From Candidatus Latescibacterota bacterium (GTDB lineage Bacteria; Latescibacterota; UBA2968): a DNA stretch of 64,000 bases. The notes under the pieces were generated by a model. That model was not told the origin of the DNA, searched no databases, and saw only the letters and a list, made by a program, of their open reading frames with translations. Position numbers and translations under genes: made by a program. The stretch covers positions 352,001 through 416,000 of the forward strand of contig OZ242311.1 in assembly GCA_965207885.1 (NCBI GenBank), read 5' to 3'. Positions 54,756 through 64,000 of the stretch are shown in pieces; position 1 is the first letter of the stretch; each line of letters opens with the position of its first letter.

Positions 54756-56090
54756 TCATTCAATCAATTCTTTGACATTGTGAACGCGAATATCGACTTC
54801 GGGCAAATGGGTGTTCAGGATTTCGATAATGTGATCCTTGGGGCCGACGAAGAGCATGATCATATTCTGCGGCACAAAGAATTTTTCGAGAAAGGCGCGC
54901 ACTTCATCATCGGTGACGGCATCAGAGCCGCCTTTGCGGCGTGGTGATTTGTAAATGGCTCTGCTTACCGCGCGGTTGAGTCTCTGCTGTGGTGTTCTGT
55001 CGTGGACAAAAGATATATCGTCAGTTTCACGGTGTTCTTTGAGTGTTTCCCAAAAGCGAGGGTTGTCGGGCAGGTTTTGGATGAAGTCGAACATTTTTGT
55101 GATCAATTCTTCGCTGTTATGAAGTTGGGGATCGGCAGAGATTTCGAGATATCGTACATTTTGTTCGGATTGATACTGGCAAGAAGTCCCATAGACCAAT
55201 TTCAATTCTTCTCTGAAATATTTATAGAGCAACCTGTTAGGAGATCCGCGAAGCGTGTTCGTTATCAGGTTTGGAATATAATTTTCTTCACCCGTGCGGC
55301 CGCATGGGATCATCCAACGACAGAATACATTTTTTAAGTGTGAATAACCCTCAAAAATAAAAACCGTGGGACCAACTTTGGCATTTGTCGATGGAATATT
55401 CAATGAATGCACAAAGCCGCCCGCCTGTCCGCGCATCTTCCTTTCTTCTGTTAATGGACGAAGTACCTTCGCAATTTCAGTGGAATCTCGGTCTGAGATG
55501 ACCTTAAAGAATACCACGTCTGTTTTCAGGAGTTGATCCCCGTATTGTCTGACGTCGTATAGTGAGAGATCATTCAGCATTTTTAATGAGCGCATTTTCA
55601 GGAGGCCAAGGGTTTGTGACAGTGCCAGATTTTTCATTAGTGCATAGGTTGGGTGTTTGATCTGATTTTTGTAATCGGCACTTAGTTGTGATTTTACATA
55701 TTTCAGATCATACTCTGTAAACGCGAGATTATATATCAGATCGCGGACTATTTCTATTGCTTTGCCACTGTTCTCGGATAAGCCATAAATGGAGATGGTC
55801 TGGTATTCAGTGCTGGTCGTGATATTCAGATGGGTGCCCAATGCTTCGAGTTGATCCAGAGGCTCCTGTTTTTTTGCCGTTTCCCAAATTAATTTTTCGA
55901 CTGTTTCTGCAAGGCCAATCTGCGAAGCGTGTTCCGCACCGGTTCCCGCGCCGAGAAAGACAATCTCAATTCTGGTGAGGGGGGCGCGTTTGTCGATGCG
56001 ATAAAAGATGTGGTGGTTGGGAATTTCGGCAAACGCAGGTAGGGTACCAAAGAGAATAAAGCTAAATATCGGGGTTAAAAATCGCTTCAT
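54756..56090 (-). CDS. M16 peptidase-like protein, non-catalytic subunit
   Basis: Signal peptide, no HxxEH, RLLYKYFREELKLVYG (R/Y motif); coupled to the upstream M16 gene. Confidence 0.7.
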   Translation of the reverse strand: MKRFLTPIFSFILFGTLPAFAEIPNHHIFYRIDKRAPLTRIEIVFLGAGTGAEHASQIGLAETVEKLIWETAKKQEPLDQLEALGTHLNITTSTEYQTISIYGLSENSGKAIEIVRDLIYNLAFTEYDLKYVKSQLSADYKNQIKHPTYALMKNLALSQTLGLLKMRSLKMLNDLSLYDVRQYGDQLLKTDVVFFKVISDRDSTEIAKVLRPLTEERKMRGQAGGFVHSLNIPSTNAKVGPTVFIFEGYSHLKNVFCRWMIPCGRTGEENYIPNLITNTLRGSPNRLLYKYFREELKLVYGTSCQYQSEQNVRYLEISADPQLHNSEELITKMFDFIQNLPDNPRFWETLKEHRETDDISFVHDRTPQQRLNRAVSRAIYKSPRRKGGSDAVTDDEVRAFLEKFFVPQNMIMLFVGPKDHIIEILNTHLPEVDIRVHNVKELIE

Positions 56091-57567
56091 TGAGTATCAC
56101 CTTTTGAGAAGTGGAGGCAGGCGTCCTGGCCTTTCTCCGCCATTTTTTTCCCCATCCATATAGTGCGACAATACCGCCTAACAGGGTTAGAGCTCCGATC
56201 AATGTCAATACTATAACTGTATAGTGCCCAAAGTGCAGGGATCTTCGCGGAGCCGATTCTATCTTTGTGAGGGAGTGGGTAATTGAATTGTCATCTTTCA
56301 GGTATTGATCGATGATGCGCGGAATATCTTCTGCGCGGATGGATTTAAGGTCTTGTATCAATTTGGGATAGAGAAGGGGATCATCTGCGTGGGCAAATGC
56401 GCCGCCAAATGAAGTCGCCAGGCTCGATCGGTTGTAAAATGCGGAATACAGGTTGGTCAACTGTCGGTTTCGGGCGGCATTGAATTCTGCATCAGAAATG
56501 GTTTTGAGATTTACCAATGCCACATGGATCATGTCCTGGATCGTATTTCTGGATGTATTATGGGGCAGTTCTGCATAGCAAGTCATCAAGCCGAATCCCT
56601 TAAAGCTGCCTACTGAGACGCCGAAAGATTTTGCGAGCCGAGAATCGACGAGAGATGCGCGCAGGGAATTTGAGGGCTTTTCCAGCAGACGTTCCACAAT
56701 GAGCAGACCCGCATAGTCGCGATTGCCTAAATTGGGTGTGTACCAACCCTTCCTGAATATGGTAAAGTTGAGATTGTTTGATGAGTTTTTTCGTCTTTTT
56801 CCAAGTACGTCATGGTCGGGGAATTGGGGCGAGTACAATTTGACCGGCACTATATCATTGCCATAAGCCTCGTCGAGTTTGGTGAGGACATGGTCGATAT
56901 CCACATCGCCAATGATAACGACGAGTCTTTTTTGCTCGCGCAGGAAATTTTCGTAGTAATCTTTCAAACCAACGGGTTCGAGTTGTCGAATAAATGTCTC
57001 TGCTCCAAGACTATTAAAATTTTTCTTTCCATAGATTAAACCGTAAAAATAATTCAAAGATCGGCGTGTTGGTCGTGCCAGTCTTTGGCTTCTTTCTGTC
57101 AGTACGATCTTTTTTTCTTTCTCCACGACTTCTTCATCAATTACTGTATCGTAATATATGTTGCGGTCTATCTCAACGGCGAGGTCAAATTTGTCCTTCG
57201 GAAATCTCAGTGTAAAGCGCGTGAAATGGTAATATGTCGCGGCGTGTCTTTGCCCGCCATTGTCGGCGATAATCTGGTTGAGTTCGCCGGGTTCATAGCT
57301 TCCTCTGCCCATCATAATATGCTCTAAGAAGTGGAGCCGTCCTTGTTTGCCTTCGGCTTCATCTGCGGAACCCGCGCAGTAGAAGGTCTGGTATTCAAAG
57401 GTCGGGATGGTGCGCTCGACGACGATGACGGCGTCGAGCTTGGGGTTGATGGTGTAGTGCTGCGCGACGAGTGTTTCCGATAATGTCGCTGTGCCGATAA
57501 GTTCGTAGGCCGTGCAGGTACACGGCAAGAGGCATGCAAGAATAATGATGTGCGCGTAGTGCTTCAT
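56062..57567 (-). CDS. M16 (insulinase-family) zinc peptidase
   Basis: AGSADE..GKQGRLHFLEHIM (HxxEH), EKKIVLTE. Confidence 0.82.
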   Translation of the reverse strand: MKHYAHIIILACLLPCTCTAYELIGTATLSETLVAQHYTINPKLDAVIVVERTIPTFEYQTFYCAGSADEAEGKQGRLHFLEHIMMGRGSYEPGELNQIIADNGGQRHAATYYHFTRFTLRFPKDKFDLAVEIDRNIYYDTVIDEEVVEKEKKIVLTERSQRLARPTRRSLNYFYGLIYGKKNFNSLGAETFIRQLEPVGLKDYYENFLREQKRLVVIIGDVDIDHVLTKLDEAYGNDIVPVKLYSPQFPDHDVLGKRRKNSSNNLNFTIFRKGWYTPNLGNRDYAGLLIVERLLEKPSNSLRASLVDSRLAKSFGVSVGSFKGFGLMTCYAELPHNTSRNTIQDMIHVALVNLKTISDAEFNAARNRQLTNLYSAFYNRSSLATSFGGAFAHADDPLLYPKLIQDLKSIRAEDIPRIIDQYLKDDNSITHSLTKIESAPRRSLHFGHYTVIVLTLIGALTLLGGIVALYGWGKKWRRKARTPASTSQKVILNEAIFNPDI

Positions 57568-57587
57568 ATTGGATATTCGTGATAAAG

Positions 57588-57616
57588 GCAGGCGCGACCG
57601 GACTGGTCGCGCCTGC
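57588..57616. repeat. 12-bp perfect intergenic hairpin
   Basis: GCAGGCGCGACC/GGTCGCGCCTGC. Confidence 0.7.
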
Positions 57617-57628
57617 TTGTGCTATGTG

Positions 57629-58207
57629 TTAGAGTTTTTCGATTTCTATGTTGCGGAACCAGATCTGGTTGCCGTGGTCTTGTAGGCCGATGTACCCGGC
57701 TTCGGTCATTTCGCGGAATGCGCGGTTGAATTTGTTGCGCGTGCCGTCGGGGTTCTGGTTCGGCGTGGTCCAGCGGTTGAGGTCCATGTCGGTGATTTGC
57801 TCGCCGTTTAAGGTGACGCGGATGATGTTGTCCATGGTGTAGAGGATCATGTGATTCCATTCACCCGCGGGTTTGCAGGTGTTGTGCGTGGGGGCTTGTA
57901 GATCATAGACTGCGCCGCAGCATTTGGTGGTTGCGGGTTCGTGTCCGTGTGTGTCCAGAATTTGGATTTCAATGCCGGTTTGCACGGGGTTGTCCAGATC
58001 GGTCCAGCGGAAGAAGACACCGCTGTTGGTTCTGGGGGGATGTTTGAATTCGAGCGAGAGTTCAAAGTTTTTGAACTGGTCTTCTGTGTAGTACAGGTAT
58101 TTCCCCTGTTCTGCGGTGCAGAAGAGGCAGCCGTGATCTACGATCCAACCGTCGGGATTGCCGGTGGCTGCCCAGCCGTTGAGGGTTTTGCCGTCGAAGA
58201 GTTGCAT
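57629..58207 (-). CDS. DUF1080 (3-keto-disaccharide hydrolase family) protein
   Basis: LFDGKTLNGW, NSGVFFR, EIQILD, GEWNHM, GYIGLQDHG..IWFRNI. Confidence 0.9.
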   Translation of the reverse strand: MQLFDGKTLNGWAATGNPDGWIVDHGCLFCTAEQGKYLYYTEDQFKNFELSLEFKHPPRTNSGVFFRWTDLDNPVQTGIEIQILDTHGHEPATTKCCGAVYDLQAPTHNTCKPAGEWNHMILYTMDNIIRVTLNGEQITDMDLNRWTTPNQNPDGTRNKFNRAFREMTEAGYIGLQDHGNQIWFRNIEIEKL

Positions 58208-58219
58208 GTAGCCTCCTTG

Positions 58220-59167
58220 TTAATATGTGATTGCGACGGGTTCTGTGAGATGTTCGCCGCGCATGGCGCGCGAGCGGTCGTAATAGGTCCACAGGTCTTC
58301 GAGTTCAAATTCCGCTTCGATGTCTTCTACGGATATATCTTCCATGAGGGATTCGAGTACGAATGTGGCTTCGGGGCGCATGATGTGGATGCGGATTCCC
58401 GCGCCATAGGTGCTGTGGATGTCGCCGAGTTTGTTCTGGTTGAAGTCGAGGTGGTACGCTTTGGTGTCTACGTTGATTTCGGCAAATGCAAAGGGCGGGA
58501 GTTTGCCCTGTTCCACGAGGGGCTCACTATAGCCTTGCCACGCGAGGCGGTGACCGCACATGTCGGTGATGGAGCTTTCCTGGGATTGGCTGACGATGAG
58601 GAATACGCCGTAGTCGCGCGCCCAGGCGGCGTGTCGCATGCCGCCATTGAACATGCTGGGGAAGAAGACCATGCGCGCACCTGAGCGGGCGAGCATCATG
58701 GCAACTTCGGGGAATTTGAGATCAAAGCAGATGCACATGCCCACGCGTCCACGGTCTGTGGCATAAGAGTTGGCCTGTGTGCCGGGCAGGGTGCCGCGTT
58801 CCATTTCGTTGACGGTGGGTTGCACTTTGTGGTAGCGGCCCAAGACGTTTCCATCTCGTCCGATGAGGACGGCGGCGTTGAAGGTCTGGTCTTCCCATCG
58901 CTCTTGCATGCCGACGATGACATGGGTGCCGATTTCCGCGGCTGCTTTGCCAATGGCTTCGGTTGTGGGACCGGGTATGGGTTCGCCCATCCAGGCATCG
59001 CTGTCTTGCGGACAGCCGAGTTCTCGCGCGACTTCGGTGAAGCATACAAAGTCGGGGCAATAAGGGGCTGTTTCTTCGAGGTGGCGCACCATGTGTTCTA
59101 CGTTTTGTTCCGCGTTTTTGTACCCACCTCTGGGAAATGAGACGCTGAGGAGTCGGACGGTTTTCAC
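58220..59167 (-). CDS. Carbon-nitrogen hydrolase family protein
   Basis: E-K-C triad: FTEV, YHKV, CICFDLKFPE. Confidence 0.88.
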   Translation of the reverse strand: MKTVRLLSVSFPRGGYKNAEQNVEHMVRHLEETAPYCPDFVCFTEVARELGCPQDSDAWMGEPIPGPTTEAIGKAAAEIGTHVIVGMQERWEDQTFNAAVLIGRDGNVLGRYHKVQPTVNEMERGTLPGTQANSYATDRGRVGMCICFDLKFPEVAMMLARSGARMVFFPSMFNGGMRHAAWARDYGVFLIVSQSQESSITDMCGHRLAWQGYSEPLVEQGKLPPFAFAEINVDTKAYHLDFNQNKLGDIHSTYGAGIRIHIMRPEATFVLESLMEDISVEDIEAEFELEDLWTYYDRSRAMRGEHLTEPVAITY

Positions 59168-59191
59168 GGTGTTCTCCTTTTTTGAGATGAA

Positions 59192-60163
59192 CTATCGCTC
59201 TCCGTAATAGGTAATCAAGCACTGGTCCATGACCCAGGATGCACGGGCACCGGTTTCTCCGGTGGATACGCATTGGCCTTCGCCGCGCAGTTCGTTGACG
59301 ATGGTTTGTATCAGGGGTTGTTGGACGTGTGGAGGATTGGGCGCGGAGATGTGTTCTTCTGCGCCATTGCGTTTGAGGATGATGTCGGTGTCTGCGAAGA
59401 CGGGGGTCTGGATTTCGCCTTCGGATCCCGTGAATATGATGCGGTTGTCGGCGTGGTCGGCGTGGAAGTTCCAGATGCCTGTTCCCACGACGCCGCTTTC
59501 AAATTCAAATGCAGCGGTTGTTACGTCTTCGGCTTCGTACGTTCCGCCGGTGTTGAGTGCGTAGCCGCTGGCGCGGGTGATGGGGCTGACGAGGAAGTCG
59601 AGGATGTCGATGCCGTGTGATGCGAGGTCGAGGAATTTGCCTGCGCCGGCGATGGATGGATCGAATCGCCAGTTGTTGGGGTTTGTGTCGAGTTTGCTGT
59701 ATTGGACGATGTGTACAGATGTGAGGGTTCCTATGGCGCCTTCGCGGAGGAGTTCGCGGACTTTCAGGAAGCGGGGGAGTCCGCGGCGGTAATAGGCGAC
59801 AAAGAGGGGCAGGTTTTTGGCTTTGAAGGCTTCGACCATTTGTACGCATTCGCGGTGGTTCATGGCCATGGGTTTTTCGACGTAACATGGTTTGCCTGCT
59901 TCGGCGACGCGGAGAGCGTAGTCGCAGTGCGAGGAGGGCGGGGTGGCGATGTACACGGCGTTGACGTCGGGATGATGGATGACTTCGTCGGCGTTGCTGG
60001 TGGATTGGGATATGCCGTGGCGTTTGGCGAAGTCCGCGGCTTTTTCACCGTCCCGGCGCATGACGATGACGAGTTCTGAGTGGTCCGCCTTGTAAAATCC
60101 CGGGCCACTTTTGACTTCGCATACGTCACCACAACCGATGATGCCCCATTTTACTGTTTGCAT
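59192..60163 (-). CDS. Gfo/Idh/MocA oxidoreductase
   Basis: WGIIGCGDV, ATPPSSH, VEKPMA, DLASH. Confidence 0.9.
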   Translation of the reverse strand: MQTVKWGIIGCGDVCEVKSGPGFYKADHSELVIVMRRDGEKAADFAKRHGISQSTSNADEVIHHPDVNAVYIATPPSSHCDYALRVAEAGKPCYVEKPMAMNHRECVQMVEAFKAKNLPLFVAYYRRGLPRFLKVRELLREGAIGTLTSVHIVQYSKLDTNPNNWRFDPSIAGAGKFLDLASHGIDILDFLVSPITRASGYALNTGGTYEAEDVTTAAFEFESGVVGTGIWNFHADHADNRIIFTGSEGEIQTPVFADTDIILKRNGAEEHISAPNPPHVQQPLIQTIVNELRGEGQCVSTGETGARASWVMDQCLITYYGER

Positions 60164-60353
60164 GATAAATCCCTTTCGATAAGATTCAGCCCCTTGCTTC
60201 TTCTCGCAAGCTCAGAAGTTCACGCGGAGACAGGCATCACGCGATCTGACAGAATTGGCTTGACAGGCAAGGGATGATTTTCTTAACTATTCATTGTTAT
60301 AGACAGCGATTATGAGCGTCACATTGCCTCACGATGATTAAAAAGGAAATGTT

Positions 60354-60587
60354 ATGGCTATCGTTCACATTGATCTGACAGATCGCGAAAATGATTGTCT
60401 TATGACAATTGCACGCGAGACTGGCAAGAGTCAGGATGAAGTACTACGCGATGCTATCAATCTTATGATTTCGCAATTTCGGCAGTCAGACCGACGCGCC
60501 TTGCTTCAGAGTGCCCGCGGAATGTGGAAAGATCGTACAGATCTACCTCCTGCTGAGGAGCTTCGACGCGAATGGGACAGACTGTAA
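60354..60587 (+). CDS. CopG/RHH-family antitoxin-like protein
   Basis: HIDLT...IARETGKSQDEVLRDAI...GMWKDRTDLP..ELRREWDR. Confidence 0.75.
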   Translation: MAIVHIDLTDRENDCLMTIARETGKSQDEVLRDAINLMISQFRQSDRRALLQSARGMWKDRTDLPPAEELRREWDRL

Positions 60588-60623
60588 GATATGGCTATCC
60601 GACTTTTATATGAACTCGCAATC

Positions 60624-61166
60624 TCAGAATGATTGCGGGTTCTTTTTTGCAAAATTCTGTAATTTTGACAGTAGAGAGCCGCCTGAGAGCAGGTAGATTC
60701 CCAGGCCCAGATAAATTATAGCGGCGGTTCCCTCTGACCAGAGATGCGAGGGCAGGTCACGAATCCAGAGATACCAGGGCATGGTTTTATTTTCGATAAA
60801 AAAAAGCAAGATAATTCCCTGCTTAATTATTTTGGGCACACCTGTGAACACCATATAGACCCCGATGAGGCGCATGCCCACGTTGTAAAGTATCTTAGAC
60901 CAATTATTGTCGGGTGAAATTTCAATTTCTCTTTCAACAGGATCTAATTTTTGCGCGATTGCGTCGGCGTATTTCAAGAATATATACGCGAAGATGAGAT
61001 AGAGAAACGGTAGAGCAAAGTATCCATAAAGTGCACTTGTCGGCGTATCGGGCTGGATCATTATAAGTCCCTGGGGTATAAATCCAAGCCAACTCACCAC
61101 ATTTACCAGAAACATCAATCCGAGAATTTTACAGGCGACTTTAATGAGCGCGTGTGAATGGATCAT
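60624..61166 (-). CDS. Four-TM hypothetical membrane protein
   Basis: 180 aa with two similar TM hairpins. Confidence 0.65.
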   Translation of the reverse strand: MIHSHALIKVACKILGLMFLVNVVSWLGFIPQGLIMIQPDTPTSALYGYFALPFLYLIFAYIFLKYADAIAQKLDPVEREIEISPDNNWSKILYNVGMRLIGVYMVFTGVPKIIKQGIILLFFIENKTMPWYLWIRDLPSHLWSEGTAAIIYLGLGIYLLSGGSLLSKLQNFAKKNPQSF

Positions 61167-61206
61167 GGTTATCGTCTCTCAATCTATGTTTTCATGCGGG
61201 GTGGCT

Positions 61207-61274
61207 CAAAACCTTCTGGATCGCGGCTCAGAACCATGCCGCGATGACGGGTGGGCACGGGGACCCGCCCCTAC
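61207..61274 (-). repeat. Composite of the two REP-like families
   Basis: CTGGATCGCGGCTCAGAACCATGCCGCGATGACGG joined to GGGTGGGCACGGGGACCCGCCCCTAC. Confidence 0.8.
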
Positions 61275-61315
61275 AACATATACAACAATTGGTCTCCTAC
61301 TTCCTCCTTCACACT

Positions 61316-62341
61316 TCAATCCGGTGTCGGCGCGTCTTCTCGTAGCAAGCCTTCGGATTTTAGTTCGGCCCAGAGGTCTGAGGGTATGGGGTGCTGGTAG
61401 TTTTTGATGTTTGCATGGATGTATTCGGGCTTGAGAGCACCGGGGATGATGGCGGCGACGCTGGGGTGTGCGAGTGGGAACTGGATGGCTGCTGCCGGGA
61501 GCGGTACGTTGTGTGCGTTGCATATTGTTTCTATTTTTCGGGTTTTTTCAAGGATTTCCGAGGTTGCGGTGTCGTAGGCGTATAATGCGCCTTCCACTGG
61601 TCCTGTGGCGAGGATGCCGGAGGCGAATACAGAGCCGATGACGATGTCGGCGCCGTGTTCGGCGCATTTTGGAAATTCTTCGTCCAATGGGTCCTGGTCG
61701 AGGAGGGTATAGGGCATGGCGACGATGAAGAAGTCTATATCTATCATGTCCAGGAATCGGGGAATGAGTCCCAGCATGTTGAGCCCCACGCCAATGCCTT
61801 TGATTTGTCCGCTTGAGCGCAGTTCGTCCAGGGCGCGCCAGCCGCTTGTGTAGATTTGGGCAAGGGTGGCGGTTACCATGTCTTCGGAGGTGTGAAAGAA
61901 GTAGTCGGGGTCGTGTATGAGGAGCAGATCTACGGCGTGTAAGCTCAGTCGCTGTAGGCTGTCTTCATAAGATCGCATGATGCCGTCATAGCTGTAGTCG
62001 AAGGCGTATTCAAAGGGCAAGCCGCCGATCCACATGTCTTTGTCAAATGTTTTGAGGTCGCGCGTGGCTTTTAATACGCGTCCGACTTTGGTGGAGATGG
62101 CAAATTCTTCTCTGTTCTGTTGTCGCAGAAAATGTCCGAGGCGATGCTCGCTTTTACCATAGCCGTAAAAGGGGGCTGTGTCGAAGTACCGAATGCCCGC
62201 ATCCCAGGCGGCTTGTAAGGTGTTTTGCGCCTGTGTTTCGCTTACGAGTTCGAATAGATCACCTATGGGCGCGCCGCCCATGCCCATTTCGGTTACTTCG
62301 AGACCTGTTTGGCCAACGGTTCGCGTTTTGATTGTGTTCAT
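61316..62341 (-). CDS. Aldo/keto reductase (D-threo-aldose 1-dehydrogenase-like)
   Basis: FDTAPFYG.G.SE, STKVGR, FDYSYDG, LLIHD. Confidence 0.9.
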   Translation of the reverse strand: MNTIKTRTVGQTGLEVTEMGMGGAPIGDLFELVSETQAQNTLQAAWDAGIRYFDTAPFYGYGKSEHRLGHFLRQQNREEFAISTKVGRVLKATRDLKTFDKDMWIGGLPFEYAFDYSYDGIMRSYEDSLQRLSLHAVDLLLIHDPDYFFHTSEDMVTATLAQIYTSGWRALDELRSSGQIKGIGVGLNMLGLIPRFLDMIDIDFFIVAMPYTLLDQDPLDEEFPKCAEHGADIVIGSVFASGILATGPVEGALYAYDTATSEILEKTRKIETICNAHNVPLPAAAIQFPLAHPSVAAIIPGALKPEYIHANIKNYQHPIPSDLWAELKSEGLLREDAPTPD

Positions 62342-62359
62342 GAGGTATTTCTCCTGATC

Positions 62360-63781
62360 TTATACTGTAGGTAGTGGCGCGTCGTCGTCCGTTTCGCGTT
62401 GCCAGAGGCGAATTTTTGCCGCCATTTTGCGTATGCGGTCTCTATGTACGGGTTCGTCGAATAGGTTTATGAGTTCATGGGGATCGCTGTTCAGGTCGAA
62501 TAATTCGCATTGGTCGCCTGCGCATAGATTGAGTTTCCATCGGTCGGCTGTTACGATTGAACGCCAGGGGAGGGTGGCGATTAAGTTGATCTGCGGTGAG
62601 CCGAGGTTGCGATCTCCCAGTCCGTTCCACTGAATGAAGACTTCGTTATCGTCGAGTGTTTCTCTGCCTTCGAGGACGGGTACCCGGCTGGTGCCTTGCA
62701 GGTGATCGGGCACGGGTTGTCCCATGAGGTCTAATAAGGTGGGGACGAGATCGATATGGCCGATGTTGCCGGGGATCATTCGGCGTTCGCGCCCGAGATG
62801 GGGGATCCGCATCATGAGGGGGACTTTGGCAGAGGGTTCGTAGAATGCGCGTTTTTCCCGCATGCCCTGGTCACCTGCCATTTCGCCGTGGTCAGAGCTG
62901 AATACGACTATGGTGTTGTCGGCGTGACCCGATTTTTCAAGGGCGTCCATCAGTCTGCCCAGTGCCCGATCTACGAGTGTGACGGTGCCGTAGTATTCGG
63001 CGCGGAATTTTCTCAGTTTTGCTTCTGCGGCGCGTTGTTCTTCTGAGGAACTATCTAACTGTATATTGCGTTCTGCTCTCAGTCTGTTAAATAGCGATGC
63101 GCCCTTGGGATAGCGCGTGAATGCGGGACCTACTGGCATTTTGTTGGGGTCGTGTATATGTTTCATCGGTCCGGAGACGGGCGGGTGTGGTTCGGGGCAG
63201 TGGACCTGTAGCATGAAGGGTTTGTCGCGTTCTGCCATCAGAAAGCGGGCGGCTTCGTCACATAGAAATGATACCATGGAGAGGTGTTCGGGCAAGTCTG
63301 CGCGCAGTTGTCCAGAGAATACGCGGTGTCCGGCTTCTGTTGTTTTGTCTGGTTCGATTCCATTTTCCACCAGGAACTGGTGATACGGTGTGTCCGGGTG
63401 GTCGATGACCCAGGGCAATTCAAAGACGGGCAGCCATTCGTCAAATCCGTGTTGTCGCGTTGTTTCTTTACCCAGGTGCCATTTGCCGTAGTAGGCTTTG
63501 TGGTAATCGTCTGATGTCATTTCTGCGATGGATTTGATTTCTGGGTCGAGCAGGATGTTGTTTTTGACCATTCTGGCGGAGTGTGGATATAGTCCCGTTA
63601 CGAGGGTTGCGCGCGATGGCGTGCAGACGGGTTGCGCGCAATAGGGGTTTTCGAAGACAAAGCTTTCGTTGGCGAGGGCGTTCATGTTCGGCGTCTGGAT
63701 CCAGTCGTTGCCATAGCACGCCATGGTGTCGGAGCGTTGTTGGTCGGTGATGAATAGCAGAATGTTGGGGTGACGTTGCAT
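62360..63781 (-). CDS. Sulfatase (S1 family, Cys-type)
   Basis: PNILLFITDQQR, CTPSRATLVTG, GKWHLG, SDHG; start at MQRHPN. Confidence 0.92.
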   Translation of the reverse strand: MQRHPNILLFITDQQRSDTMACYGNDWIQTPNMNALANESFVFENPYCAQPVCTPSRATLVTGLYPHSARMVKNNILLDPEIKSIAEMTSDDYHKAYYGKWHLGKETTRQHGFDEWLPVFELPWVIDHPDTPYHQFLVENGIEPDKTTEAGHRVFSGQLRADLPEHLSMVSFLCDEAARFLMAERDKPFMLQVHCPEPHPPVSGPMKHIHDPNKMPVGPAFTRYPKGASLFNRLRAERNIQLDSSSEEQRAAEAKLRKFRAEYYGTVTLVDRALGRLMDALEKSGHADNTIVVFSSDHGEMAGDQGMREKRAFYEPSAKVPLMMRIPHLGRERRMIPGNIGHIDLVPTLLDLMGQPVPDHLQGTSRVPVLEGRETLDDNEVFIQWNGLGDRNLGSPQINLIATLPWRSIVTADRWKLNLCAGDQCELFDLNSDPHELINLFDEPVHRDRIRKMAAKIRLWQRETDDDAPLPTV

Positions 63782-63891
63782 GTGTGCCTTTCTATCTTGA
63801 TGCTGAAGGGAGGCAGGAACAATCAAGGGGAAATATCTGTCAAATTGGGTGAAAAACAAGTTGAAAATCACATTGCTAAGGAGGAGATTCT

Positions 63892-64000
63892 ATGGTTGGT
63901 CATATTGTTCGTATGGTTTGTGTTCTGGCTCTTGTTCCGCTGAGTGTTGATGCAGATAATTGGCCGCAGTGGCGGGGTCCGCAGCAAGATGGGGTGAGTA
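63892..64000 (+). CDS. PQQ-binding-like beta-propeller protein (5' fragment)
   Basis: AGGAGG RBS; MVGHIVRMVCVLALVPLSVDADNWPQWRGPQQDGVS (signal peptide plus WPQWRGP motif); runs off the window. Confidence 0.75.
   Translation, partial: MVGHIVRMVCVLALVPLSVDADNWPQWRGPQQDGVS

Noticed and set aside
1-64000. tRNA or rRNA genes
   Set aside because: None recognised by eye in the intergenic regions; a tRNAscan or Infernal run would be needed to exclude them fully.

Overview
Bacterial chromosomal window, mostly minus-strand genes. It starts inside dnaN, followed by a small defence/mobile islet (brnTA, a NucS-like nuclease with a possible EVE/PUA domain, an IS1595-family cargo element, a possible Abi-like membrane protein) and then addA/addB. 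The rest is largely heterotrophic catabolism (four Cys-type sulfatases, GH117, GH2, PhyH dioxygenases, Gfo/Idh/MocA, DUF1080, AKR), several TA modules or their remnants, a sigma54-driven MacB/FtsX-type ABC export operon, a stand-alone TnpB element and two families of REP-like palindromes. The gene content resembles sponge-associated Latescibacterota/Gemmatimonadota/Poribacteria-type genomes (inference only). The most striking feature is the IS1595 element at 2793-5131, delimited by 21-bp imperfect TIRs and an exact 8-bp TSD (GATGATTC). It carries an Imm-like superinfection immunity gene, two small ORFs and three structured non-coding segments. One of these has its own predicted promoter, and its 5' helix matches the host DNA just outside the insertion site, making it a candidate RNA-associated or RNA-guided transposon. 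All family calls come from motif recognition and all RNA pairings were found by eye; no searches or folding programs were run.
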